Source: an uncultured Candidatus Saccharibacteria bacterium | GTDB lineage: Bacteria > Patescibacteriota > Minisyncoccia > Phycocordibacterales > UBA12088 | Direction: 5' to 3' | DNA: 36,936 bases | Assembly (NCBI GenBank): GCA_964562615.1 | Contig: CAZLUD010000001.1 | Span: forward strand, 1 to 36,936 | In this document: piece by piece, positions 1-7,437 of the stretch | Layout: every line of letters begins with the position of its first letter | How positions within the stretch are numbered: the first letter of the stretch is position 1 | The notes under the pieces: generated by a model | Seen by the model: only the letters and a program-made list of their open reading frames with translations | Told to the model about the DNA's origin: nothing | The model's database searches: none | Program-made: the position numbers and the translations under genes

Positions 1-260
1 CCACCTTTTATGTCTTTGACACGAATGAGCGGGACACCTTCTTCAAGATACTTGTCGGGACTGATGTCAAAAATACCCTTCTTTACATAATCCGTAAGTT
101 CAAGAATGGTCTTACATTTTTTTGAGCCAAGAAACGCTTTGTTCTTCAGATACTTTGCTTGATAGTAATCACTGTCCAAACGAATAGCACCCTCAAGTTT
201 AGTTGCGGGTATGATTGAAACTTCAAGGTTATTTTCTTTTACAATCGTTTGCCAAGACAT
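1..260 (-). CDS. R-M specificity (S) subunit-like protein; only the N-terminal part is present because it runs off the window edge
   Basis: My own translation from the ATG at 258-260 gives MSWQTIVKENNLEVSIIPATKLEGAIRLDSDYYQAKYLKNKAFLGSKKCKTILELTDYVKKGIFDISPDKYLEEGVPLIRVKDIKGG, open to nt 1. The start lies 2 nt after the stop of the upstream methylase. RLDSDYYQ and GVPLIRVKDI resemble HsdS-type target-recognition domain N-termini. Confidence 0.5.
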   Translation of the reverse strand, partial: MSWQTIVKENNLEVSIIPATKLEGAIRLDSDYYQAKYLKNKAFLGSKKCKTILELTDYVKKGIFDISPDKYLEEGVPLIRVKDIKG

Positions 261-262
261 AG

Positions 263-2188
263 TTATTTCAAGAAGCTTAGACCTTGTTCTTTACCCCAAG
301 CGATAAACGCCTCTACGATTTCATCAAGGTCGCTTAGGTACTTTGGATTGCCGTCTGCGTCTTTTACGATTACCCCTTCTTTATCTTTCTCAAAAATGTA
401 ATCGCCACTGTTGTTTTTGAACGATTGCTTTTGAGTAGCAAAGAAAATCGGATAATCGGCTACCTTTGGACTACCACTTTTATCAAGCTCTTCTTCGGTC
501 CACTTCTGTAAGAAGATGATTGATGTCTTTGTACCTGTGTGTGGCTTGAACGAGTTTCCGTGAAGCCCTACGACCGCAAGGATGCGTGCCTTCTGCATTA
601 TGTGTTTACGAACATACTCTTGGCTTGTGTTGTTGAAGATACCTTGAGGCAACACAACCGCTAAGCGACCGCCTGCCTTTACGAAATCAAGATTACGTTC
701 AATGAAGAGCAAGTGTCGCTCAACTTTGTTTTGAAGTTTTCCTTTAGCATTTTTCCCGAGCACATACTGAGCCAAGAGATGCTTCTCTTTGATTTCGCCT
801 GCGAAAGGCGGGTTGGCAAGAAGGATGTCAAAGCCGAGGTGTTGAAGCGTATTTTGATTGTGTCGGTTTGTTTCAAAGTCATCAAACTCACGGACCAGTT
901 TGAGGTCGGCAAGTTCGCTCTTGAAGCGGTCGGACCATTCTCGTGTATCAAGCGATGATGACTTGAAGATATGGCTCTTACCATCGCCTGCGATGAGCAT
1001 AATGGCACGGCTGATTTTGGTTGATTTCTCGTCAAAATCTATGCCCCAAAGATACCTGCTTGCATATTCTTTGCGTGCTTCGGCGGTAGGAAGCTTTTTC
1101 CAAACGTATTGCATAGCGTGGACCAAGAACCCTGCACTACCGCACGCTGTATCTATCACATACTCTTTCTTTTGCGGATTGAGCATCTGCACACACATAT
1201 CAATCACGACACGAGGTGTGAAGTATTGACCCTTCTTACCTTTAGCAACATCAGGAAGTAGGTACTCAAACGCTTCGTCAATGATGCGTAGGTTCGCACC
1301 AAACAAGCGGACATCCTGAAGCTCGCCAACACACACTGAAAGATGCTCAGGGCTGAGTTTTATCTTGTCGGTACGCTCAAACACATCGGACCACTCTGCT
1401 TTTGCTTCTTCAAAGAGTTCATCAATGATGCGTTTTGTTTCTTCGGGTTTTCCTGTCGGGCTCTTTCTGAAATGTAGTTCTTCGTTCGGTCGGCTCAATG
1501 CTTCTTTTTCATCGTAGAGCTTGGCGTAGATAAGCTTGAAGATTTCATCAAAGCTATCATTTCCTGAGTTTGCAAGCACAAGCTCTTCCAGTGTCTTGAT
1601 TGTTTCCTTGAGGTCATCTTCTCGCAGGTCCTTCAAGGTCTTTCGTTTTGCGAGCACATCAGCCACATCTTCATCTGAAGCAGGGATGTCGTCCAATGTG
1701 TCATCAAAATCCTTTGGATACGGACGGTAAAGGATGAGGCGTGTTTTGCCGTTTACCGCAACGCCTACGGGAGCACCTTCAGCATTGAGATATGACTTCA
1801 ACTGTTGCACGTCGTTCTCTTCATTCGGAGCTTTTACCTCAATGATGATTTTCGGGGTAATGCCGTCTGGTCGGTACACAACAATGTCTGCACGCTTCAC
1901 TTCACGTCCAAAGTTGACGTGTTTTTCAAGTTCAATGAGGTCTTTAGGGTATTTGTAGTGCTTTGTGAGCTTTACAAGATAGAGCTGTCGGACGATTTCT
2001 TCGGGAGCACCTTTCCCAGTTTTAGCATCGTAGACCTTCTTTTCTTCATCCAGTTTTGAAATCGCTTTGATGTAGAACTTTCCCTCATCTTTCTCGTAGA
2101 TGTCTATCTTAGACAAGTCATCAAACATCAAAAGGTCCTGCTCAGGATTTTTGAAGATTTTATTTAGGATTTGTTGTGTTGTGTTCAT
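263..2188 (-). CDS. Fused PD-(D/E)xK (HSDR_N-like) nuclease domain plus gamma-class N6-adenine DNA methyltransferase; BcgI-A-like / type IIB or type I-like R-M enzyme
   Basis: 641-aa ORF. The N-terminal block KRADIVVYRPDGITPKIIIEVKAPNE gives D-x15-E-V-K. The methyltransferase motif I is VIDTACGSAGFL and motif IV is LANPPFAG (NPPF). A separate S-like gene follows directly. Confidence 0.8.
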   Translation of the reverse strand: MNTTQQILNKIFKNPEQDLLMFDDLSKIDIYEKDEGKFYIKAISKLDEEKKVYDAKTGKGAPEEIVRQLYLVKLTKHYKYPKDLIELEKHVNFGREVKRADIVVYRPDGITPKIIIEVKAPNEENDVQQLKSYLNAEGAPVGVAVNGKTRLILYRPYPKDFDDTLDDIPASDEDVADVLAKRKTLKDLREDDLKETIKTLEELVLANSGNDSFDEIFKLIYAKLYDEKEALSRPNEELHFRKSPTGKPEETKRIIDELFEEAKAEWSDVFERTDKIKLSPEHLSVCVGELQDVRLFGANLRIIDEAFEYLLPDVAKGKKGQYFTPRVVIDMCVQMLNPQKKEYVIDTACGSAGFLVHAMQYVWKKLPTAEARKEYASRYLWGIDFDEKSTKISRAIMLIAGDGKSHIFKSSSLDTREWSDRFKSELADLKLVREFDDFETNRHNQNTLQHLGFDILLANPPFAGEIKEKHLLAQYVLGKNAKGKLQNKVERHLLFIERNLDFVKAGGRLAVVLPQGIFNNTSQEYVRKHIMQKARILAVVGLHGNSFKPHTGTKTSIIFLQKWTEEELDKSGSPKVADYPIFFATQKQSFKNNSGDYIFEKDKEGVIVKDADGNPKYLSDLDEIVEAFIAWGKEQGLSFLK

Positions 2189-2194
2189 AATGTT

Positions 2195-2407
2195 TTATTT
2201 CGTGCTTGTCCTCTTCAAAAATGCCTCAAACTCTACCTTGCCTATCCGATACTCTTTGCCGATTTTGTGTGCCTTCAACTTCTTAGCTTCAATGTAGCGG
2301 TAAATGGTCATAATGTTCAGACCAAGTTTATCCGCTAAATCTTTTGCCGTGTAAAAATCTTTTTCTTTCATAGTGTTTTGATAATCCCTAATGCCTCTAA
2401 CGTCCAT
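2195..2407 (-). CDS. Small helix-turn-helix DNA-binding protein (excisionase/MerR-like HTH_17 type); possible R-M controller or excisionase
   Basis: YTAKDLADKLGLNIMTIYRYIEAKKLKAHKIGKEYRIGKVEFEAFL matches the excisionase-family HTH pattern. The gene ends 6 nt before the methylase start. The true start may be the internal Met (MKEKDFY, nt 2371). Confidence 0.7.
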   Translation of the reverse strand: MDVRGIRDYQNTMKEKDFYTAKDLADKLGLNIMTIYRYIEAKKLKAHKIGKEYRIGKVEFEAFLKRTSTK

Positions 2408-2440
2408 AAAGTATACTTTACTTTTCTTTACAGGGCAATC

Positions 2441-3556
2441 TTATGCCTTTGTGGATAACCGATACGGTACAAAGTCATCAAGTGCGTCCTTTATCTGTTT
2501 GACCCAGCCGTGATAGGTCTTGCCTGAAATGTCATCAAGGAACTTCAAGTCCTCAGCTATCCGATACCAAGTACGAGGCGTTGAGTATCGCTCAATCACG
2601 CTTCGTGTATCTCTAATGCCTTCCTTACTGAGGACCCTGAGCCCTACAAGATAGAGTGCGTGTTTCGGCTTGATGTCTGGCTTGTTCTTGAAGATAGTGT
2701 CCAACGTTTTCTTTGGATTACTTTCTACGTCAAACAAGAACAGGTTTTTGCTCGTGATAAGTTCGTCCCAGTAGTTCAACAGAACTTTCTGACATAGGTC
2801 TTTTTTGAACACGTCTTTGAAAGTCGGGTCCGTGGCAAAGCCAAGTGCCTTGAGCGTAGCGTTCATCTTTACCTTCTTTGCGAGCCGAGCTTCAATACGC
2901 AACACTTCCTTCTTTTCCTTTTTTGTGAGCGTTTCAAAGAGCGACATCTGCACTGAGTTTTGGTCCTTATCCATAGCTCGCTTGTCTGGTTTTTTGAGGT
3001 CTTGCACTTTGTCGTATACAACGAGTGAGTGCGAGTTCGTGTAGAACTGAAGCGAGTGTCCGCTATTCCTGAAGCTGTCCCTATTGAGGTCCATTTTCTT
3101 GCTGACATCAATCTTGTGCAGTTCGGTAATCACAAAGCTTGAGGTATAGCCCTTTGCAAGCTCAATGTTTTTAGCAGGATGAAAAGCAGACACCTTCGCA
3201 TTTCGTAGGTCCTCTTTGGAAACAGCAACGCTCATTTCAAGCATCGCTTCGTGAAGAGCTGATATGACTTTCTCAAAATCCTTTTCCTCAACCTCTTCAA
3301 CGTTGTTTCCGTAGAGCATTTTTGCGACTGAAAACTCTATCTTGAGCGGTATTTCACTACCGTTTCGTGTCATCCTTTTCATCAGGGTTAGGCGTGGCTT
3401 GTAAGTGCCTTCCTTCTTGTCGGATGCAGTAGGGTTGTTCACGCATTTTACGAGATAGTTTCCAGCCATTTTGAGGATGTTTGCATTCGGCGTAAATGCT
3501 TCGGGGCGCAACCTATACGACCCTCTCGGTATGGTTAGTATTACTGTGTCCAACAT
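2441..3556 (-). CDS. Replication initiation protein, phage/plasmid gene II/X (Rep_trans / Phage_CRI-like) family
   Basis: The start was moved to MLDTVILTIP, a typical N-terminus for this family. Other family-like blocks are IEFSVAKMLYGNNVEEV, VSAFHPAKNIEL and GHSLQFYTNSHSLVVYDKVQDL. The assignment is by pattern memory only. Confidence 0.5.
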   Translation of the reverse strand: MLDTVILTIPRGSYRLRPEAFTPNANILKMAGNYLVKCVNNPTASDKKEGTYKPRLTLMKRMTRNGSEIPLKIEFSVAKMLYGNNVEEVEEKDFEKVISALHEAMLEMSVAVSKEDLRNAKVSAFHPAKNIELAKGYTSSFVITELHKIDVSKKMDLNRDSFRNSGHSLQFYTNSHSLVVYDKVQDLKKPDKRAMDKDQNSVQMSLFETLTKKEKKEVLRIEARLAKKVKMNATLKALGFATDPTFKDVFKKDLCQKVLLNYWDELITSKNLFLFDVESNPKKTLDTIFKNKPDIKPKHALYLVGLRVLSKEGIRDTRSVIERYSTPRTWYRIAEDLKFLDDISGKTYHGWVKQIKDALDDFVPYRLSTKA

Positions 3557-3839
3557 AGTCATTACTTTTTTCATTCTGATAAGACAAAATCTCGTCGGCT
3601 TTTGCGATAATCGCTTCCTCAATCTGAAGAGCGACCTTTCTGTTTATCGGATGAAAAACATTGAAGTTTTTACCGCTCAAGCTCTTTGTGGGATAGGTAA
3701 TCCGATACCCATTTCCATTGAGTTTTGTATGTATACCGATTGAGCCAAGATACAAGCTGTTTTCTACGACAATGCTTGCCATAGCGACGAGCCCGTTATT
3801 CGGCTTGATTGGTACGATTTGTATTTCCGTTATGTGCAT
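3513..3839 (-). CDS. spoVG: SpoVG family protein
   Basis: MHITEIQIVPIKPNNGLVAMASIVVENSLYLGSIGIHTKLNGNGYRITYPTK...FHPINRKVALQIEEAI aligns by eye with SpoVG (MEVTDVRLRRV..GRM.AIASITLD..FVVHDIRVI.G..G.FVAMPS.....HPIN). Confidence 0.75.
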   Translation of the reverse strand: MHITEIQIVPIKPNNGLVAMASIVVENSLYLGSIGIHTKLNGNGYRITYPTKSLSGKNFNVFHPINRKVALQIEEAIIAKADEILSYQNEKSNDYVGHSNTNHTERVV

Positions 3840-3975
3840 ATACGTTCGGATTTACTCTTCTATCAACCTTGAGAAGCAAAGCGAAAAAACCGAGTAGGTT
3901 GTTTCGTTCTGTTTCGCTGAGTTCTTTCAACGACCAGTCCGTTTTCTTTTCTTTTTTCTCTTCTTTTGCGGACAT
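3796..3975 (-). CDS. Small hypothetical protein (about 59 aa, Lys/Glu-rich N-terminus)
   Basis: The start was moved to MSAKEEKKEKK (ATG at 3973-3975). The longer ORF-track N-terminus is encoded by a terminator hairpin. No family recognised. Confidence 0.3.
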   Translation of the reverse strand: MSAKEEKKEKKTDWSLKELSETERNNLLGFFALLLKVDRRVNPNVYAHNGNTNRTNQAE

Positions 3976-4005
3976 AAAAAACCTGTAAGGTTGTGCCTTC
4001 AGGTT
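3975..4005 (-). terminator. Rho-independent terminator after the 391-aa gene
   Basis: Read on the minus strand: AACCTGAAGG-CACAA-CCTTACAGGTT followed by TTTTT. That is a 10-bp stem with one bulge, at plus-strand coordinates 3980-4005, with the A-run at 3976-3980. Confidence 0.55.
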
Positions 4006-4041
4006 ATTCCGCAAGGGGTTTGCAAAAGTTTGTAAACTTTT

Positions 4042-5217
4042 CTATGTCTTCAAGTATTTCTTATTGATAGCAACTGACTTGGTAGAAACATCAAGAAAAT
4101 CCTTGATTTTTGTGTCCTGTGCGATGATACCGTTTACCTTTTTTCCTGCCTGATAGACCTTGTTTTTTGACAGTTCTTCAATCTCTTCAAAAGAGTAGTT
4201 CCAGTCCTCAAGCACTTCATCGTTAGCCCATACCTTGTGCGTATCCTTGAATAGGGTCCGCATCAGCTTGTGTGGGTCGCTTTCTTCTTTAGTTGAGATG
4301 AGTACTGGCACGCCCATAAAGTGCAAGGTCCTCGTGCTGTCATCAAAGCGTAGTTCGCTCGTGTCATCGGTATCGTTTGCTATCAGTTCCTTCGTGATAA
4401 ATGCGTGGACCCGTTGAGCGTAGCTTCTGAAATCCTTGACCTTGAACATCACGACATCGTTATCTGATTTTTCGCCTTTCCGTATCTTTTCCATTTCCAC
4501 ATAAACACCTACAAAGTTGAGCCAATCCCAATGAAAAGCGTTCTCTTTTTGAGTTTCTGCTTGCACTTCGGCTTTCAGCTCTTCGGGCTCAAAAACAAGC
4601 CGTTCTACAAAGGGTAAATGTTCCCAAGCACCCCACGGCTCAACCTGTTCTTTGCGTTCAAGTTTTCGCTCTTCTTCATCTATGACCTCGTAGGTAGGCG
4701 AAAAGGTAAAGTTGCCGTAAATGTTATGGTTTTTCTTCTTGTTATCTACAAAGGGCTCCACCTCTTTTTCGTGTCCGCTTGCCTTCAGGTGTCGGGCAAC
4801 ATCAAACAGGTCGCTATCAAAGGCATAAAGCGGATTTGATGACAAAATCCGTCCTTGCATACGGTCGTGAACTTCTTGGACCGCTCGGATAACGGGCTGA
4901 TACTTTTCAGTGATTTCTTGCGTTTGCTTGATAATCGGCTCGTATTGCTTGATGACTTTTTCAGCGATAGGGATGAGTTTGTTTGCCGATTGAGTAAGTT
5001 CCTTCATCGCTTTCGTGTTCATCAGCTCGTAGGTCTTTCGTGCCATTTCCCGCTGAGTTTCAAGTGCCTGTATGAAGGGCTTAGTTTGTGTCATTTCTCG
5101 GACCGTTTTTGTGTATTCGGCAAGACCACGAAAAAAGTCCCAACTATCTTGTAGGTTGATGAAGCTGTTGTACTGTTGCTCTACGATTTTGAGAGCTTTT
5201 TCATTACTTCCTTTCAT
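4042..5217 (-). CDS. Hypothetical protein (391 aa)
   Basis: Long uninterrupted ORF with non-repetitive composition. It is helix-rich at the N-terminus. No family recognised by eye. Confidence 0.6.
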   Translation of the reverse strand: MKGSNEKALKIVEQQYNSFINLQDSWDFFRGLAEYTKTVREMTQTKPFIQALETQREMARKTYELMNTKAMKELTQSANKLIPIAEKVIKQYEPIIKQTQEITEKYQPVIRAVQEVHDRMQGRILSSNPLYAFDSDLFDVARHLKASGHEKEVEPFVDNKKKNHNIYGNFTFSPTYEVIDEEERKLERKEQVEPWGAWEHLPFVERLVFEPEELKAEVQAETQKENAFHWDWLNFVGVYVEMEKIRKGEKSDNDVVMFKVKDFRSYAQRVHAFITKELIANDTDDTSELRFDDSTRTLHFMGVPVLISTKEESDPHKLMRTLFKDTHKVWANDEVLEDWNYSFEEIEELSKNKVYQAGKKVNGIIAQDTKIKDFLDVSTKSVAINKKYLKT

Positions 5218-5221
5218 ACAT

Positions 5222-5286
5222 CTTTCACGATACTTTACTATAGTTTACATCTTTACTTATGAACATCAAACTTTATTTTTCTTTAC
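5222..5286. promoter_or_regulatory. Phased CTTTAC-like hexamer array in a divergent intergenic region (operator or iteron candidate)
   Basis: CTTTCA 5222, CTTTAC 5233, GTTTAC 5243, CTTTAC 5251, CTTTAT 5271, CTTTAC 5281, giving spacings of 11, 10, 8, 20 and 10 nt. The related sequence TACTTTACTTTTCTTTAC occurs at 2414-2431, upstream of the HTH gene. Confidence 0.3.
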
Positions 5287-5310
5287 AAATAAAGTAATAT
5301 GTAAGTAACT

Positions 5311-5796
5311 ATGACTGCTCGGACAAAAACACTAAAAGTGCTTGATGTTGGCAAGTATTTCATACACCTTGCTAATCAAGACAAAAAGCCGATTACCAAC
5401 AAAAAACTGCAAAAGCTTGTTTATTACTCACAAGCTTGGTCTTTGGTGCTGAATGATAAAAAGCTTTTCAGTGAGCCGATAGAGGCGTGGGTTCACGGAC
5501 CCGCTGTTCGTAGCTTGTATGTTCAATACAAAAACTTTGGCTTCAATCCAATAACGGAAGATGTTGATGCAAGTACTATCTCGCTTTCTGCCGATAACAA
5601 GAAGCTTCTTGATGAGGTGTGGAAAGTTTACGGCAAACTTGATGCGGGTTATTTGGAAATGCTCACTCACTCAGAACAGCCGTGGCAAGAAGCAAGAAAC
5701 GGACTACAAAGCTACTCAAACTCAAACAATGAGATAACGCCAAAAGCTATGAAGAGTTTTTATTCTGCAAAGCTTGAAAAAGCCCAGAAGAAGTAA
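5311..5796 (+). CDS. Panacea (DUF4065 / SocA-GepA-like) domain protein, antitoxin-like
   Basis: KKLQKLVYYSQAWSLVLNDKKLFSEPIEAWVHGPAVRSLYVQYKNFG is the hallmark DUF4065 block. Confidence 0.75.
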   Translation: MTARTKTLKVLDVGKYFIHLANQDKKPITNKKLQKLVYYSQAWSLVLNDKKLFSEPIEAWVHGPAVRSLYVQYKNFGFNPITEDVDASTISLSADNKKLLDEVWKVYGKLDAGYLEMLTHSEQPWQEARNGLQSYSNSNNEITPKAMKSFYSAKLEKAQKK

Positions 5797-5804
5797 AAAC
5801 TCCA

Positions 5805-6248
5805 ATGGTAGACATTCCTAAACAGGTTGCTAAGACCGCTGATGATGATAGTGAACTACCGCAAACTGTTGCGGAAATACCTCAGGATGTAGAAGCCCCT
5901 GAGGCAAATCCTTATGTCATATCTTTTGCCAAATACAACGAAAAAATGTGTGAACTCACACAACTCAATAACAATAAAGCGAAGCGAGCAATAGAAACCC
6001 TAAAAACTATCGGAACGAAGGTCCGTTCAACTGCTGATTATCAAAGACATTCTGTGGACCGTATTCCTGTAAGGTGCGAGGGAGAATACAAAAAACTCTT
6101 CAAGGGCTTAGAGGACGACATTGAACTAAAGGAAATCAAACTGCAACAAAGTGCAAGGGTGTTCTATTTTGACATTGAGCCCGAAAGGACTTTTTACGTC
6201 GTGGCTATTACTGACAATCATCTTGAAACTGACAAGGTTAGACGGTAG
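5805..6248 (+). CDS. Hypothetical protein; candidate toxin partner of the Panacea protein (RelE/ParE-like C-terminal pattern)
   Basis: It starts 8 nt after the Panacea gene stop. It has an acidic, probably disordered N-terminus. The C-terminal ARVFYFDIEPERTFYVVAITDNH resembles the terminal beta-strands of RelE/ParE/Gp49-type toxins, but weakly. Confidence 0.4.
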   Translation: MVDIPKQVAKTADDDSELPQTVAEIPQDVEAPEANPYVISFAKYNEKMCELTQLNNNKAKRAIETLKTIGTKVRSTADYQRHSVDRIPVRCEGEYKKLFKGLEDDIELKEIKLQQSARVFYFDIEPERTFYVVAITDNHLETDKVRR

Positions 6249-6690
6249 TGGTTTCAAGACCAAGCATTGAAATAAGACATGAAAACTCAAGTTCTTGCTT
6301 TATGCTGTTCCAATCAACGGTTCTCAACTCGGACAGTAGAGGGAGCCCTATAAGTTGGTTAGAGGTTGCGAGTATCCTGTCAAAGGGATAATGCATTGAA
6401 AACGTTAGGTTTTTTCCTTCTAACTGACAGTTCTGAAGTAGATAGTTCAGAAATGCTCTTTTTTCAGCAGGTTCAGAACTATTCTCAAAAATCGTTCTTG
6501 CCCTACGAGCTACAGAAATCACTGTGGCAACGGTAGTCTGGTAATCGTGATCTGCTTTTGAATGTTCAGACATTTCAATTCCTAGGACTTGTATTTGGTC
6601 CTGATACTCTTGATGCTTTTTGTCATACTTGTCCTTAGTAATCCACCGACGATCACTTTTTTCTTTTGTGGAGTATGATTCTTGCTCATT
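6238..6690 (-). pseudogene. C-terminal remnant of a serine recombinase (no catalytic domain, no start codon)
   Basis: The frame is open from 6690 with no ATG until 6573. The translation is NEQESYSTKEKSDRRWITKDKYDKKHQEYQDQIQVLGIEMSEHSK...SSEPAEKRAFLNYLLQNCQLEGKNLTFSMHYPFDRI, which resembles the coiled-coil/C-terminal region of large serine recombinases. Confidence 0.45.
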
Positions 6691-7434
6691 CTATTTAATC
6701 AAATCCCAATTATTCAAGAAGTAGCTCATATCGTGTCCACCGCCAAGGAATATTTTTCCCTCACGAATCTTTATGGTTAGCGCATATCCAGTTTGATTGT
6801 TCACTGCATATACAGCACCTTCTTTTATCTTTCGTTCAACTTCACTTGAGGGTAGGATAACGAATTTATTCTCTTTTTGGCGTAGTACTAAAATGTAGAA
6901 AATATTTCCCTGATTGTGACGTTCGAATGAGACTTTACGTATGTGGAAATTGTACACATCAAATTTGTTGGAGTTCGAGGTTTTAACCTGAATACCAAAA
7001 AATTTATTATCCTTGATCGCTGAAATATCCACTCCAACATCCACGCTCATTATACTTGCGTTGTATCCACGAAAAAGAAGCTCGCTAGTCACCAAATGTT
7101 CACCACCTTTACCTGTGTATCCACCCTCAACAATTATTTTTTCATCTTCTACTTTCTCTTTTTCAACAATTTTATTGATTGCTTTCTCAGTTGGTTTTAT
7201 GACCACCTTCTGATCATTGAGTGTAAAAGTACCTTTTGATGTTTGCACGAAATCAGATGCCTTACCCTTATTCTTGATATCCATATACATCTGAGCGCCC
7301 ATGGTTGCCTCGGGGACCGCACTTTCAGTTACAAGTAAGCCACCTTCTAGGGCTAGTCTTGTGATCTCAGAAACATGCAGGGGTTTACCTGCTTTCTTGA
7401 GGACCTGTATTGCTGATGATTTGAAGGTGTTCAT
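6691..7434 (-). CDS. HARE-HTH domain fused to a PD-(D/E)xK-type endonuclease domain
   Basis: The N-terminus AIQVLKKAGKPLHVSEITRLALEGGLL...VPEATMGAQMYMDIK...FVQTSKGTFTLND matches the HARE-HTH pattern. The C-terminus GGEHLVTSELLFRGYNASIMSVDVGVDISAIKDNKFFGIQVKTS gives an E...D...QVK nuclease pattern. The start lies 3 nt after the hsdR stop. Confidence 0.65.
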   Translation of the reverse strand: MNTFKSSAIQVLKKAGKPLHVSEITRLALEGGLLVTESAVPEATMGAQMYMDIKNKGKASDFVQTSKGTFTLNDQKVVIKPTEKAINKIVEKEKVEDEKIIVEGGYTGKGGEHLVTSELLFRGYNASIMSVDVGVDISAIKDNKFFGIQVKTSNSNKFDVYNFHIRKVSFERHNQGNIFYILVLRQKENKFVILPSSEVERKIKEGAVYAVNNQTGYALTIKIREGKIFLGGGHDMSYFLNNWDLIK

Positions 7435-7437
7435 AGA

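Noticed and set aside
679-2297. Several 60-125-aa ORFs on both strands inside or overlapping the 641-aa methylase gene (e.g. 679-1035, 858-1229, 1805-2059, 2100-2297).
   Set aside because: They are fully nested in a long ORF that carries clear methyltransferase motifs. Their composition is low-complexity (Ser/Phe/Leu-rich), as expected for shadow frames.
6691-6693. Possible TAG read-through or recoding that would fuse the HARE-HTH nuclease to the in-frame recombinase remnant.
   Set aside because: A shared frame has a one-in-three chance expectation. TAG also terminates the IS481 transposase sensibly, and nothing else in the window suggests stop-codon reassignment. A truncation junction is the simpler reading.
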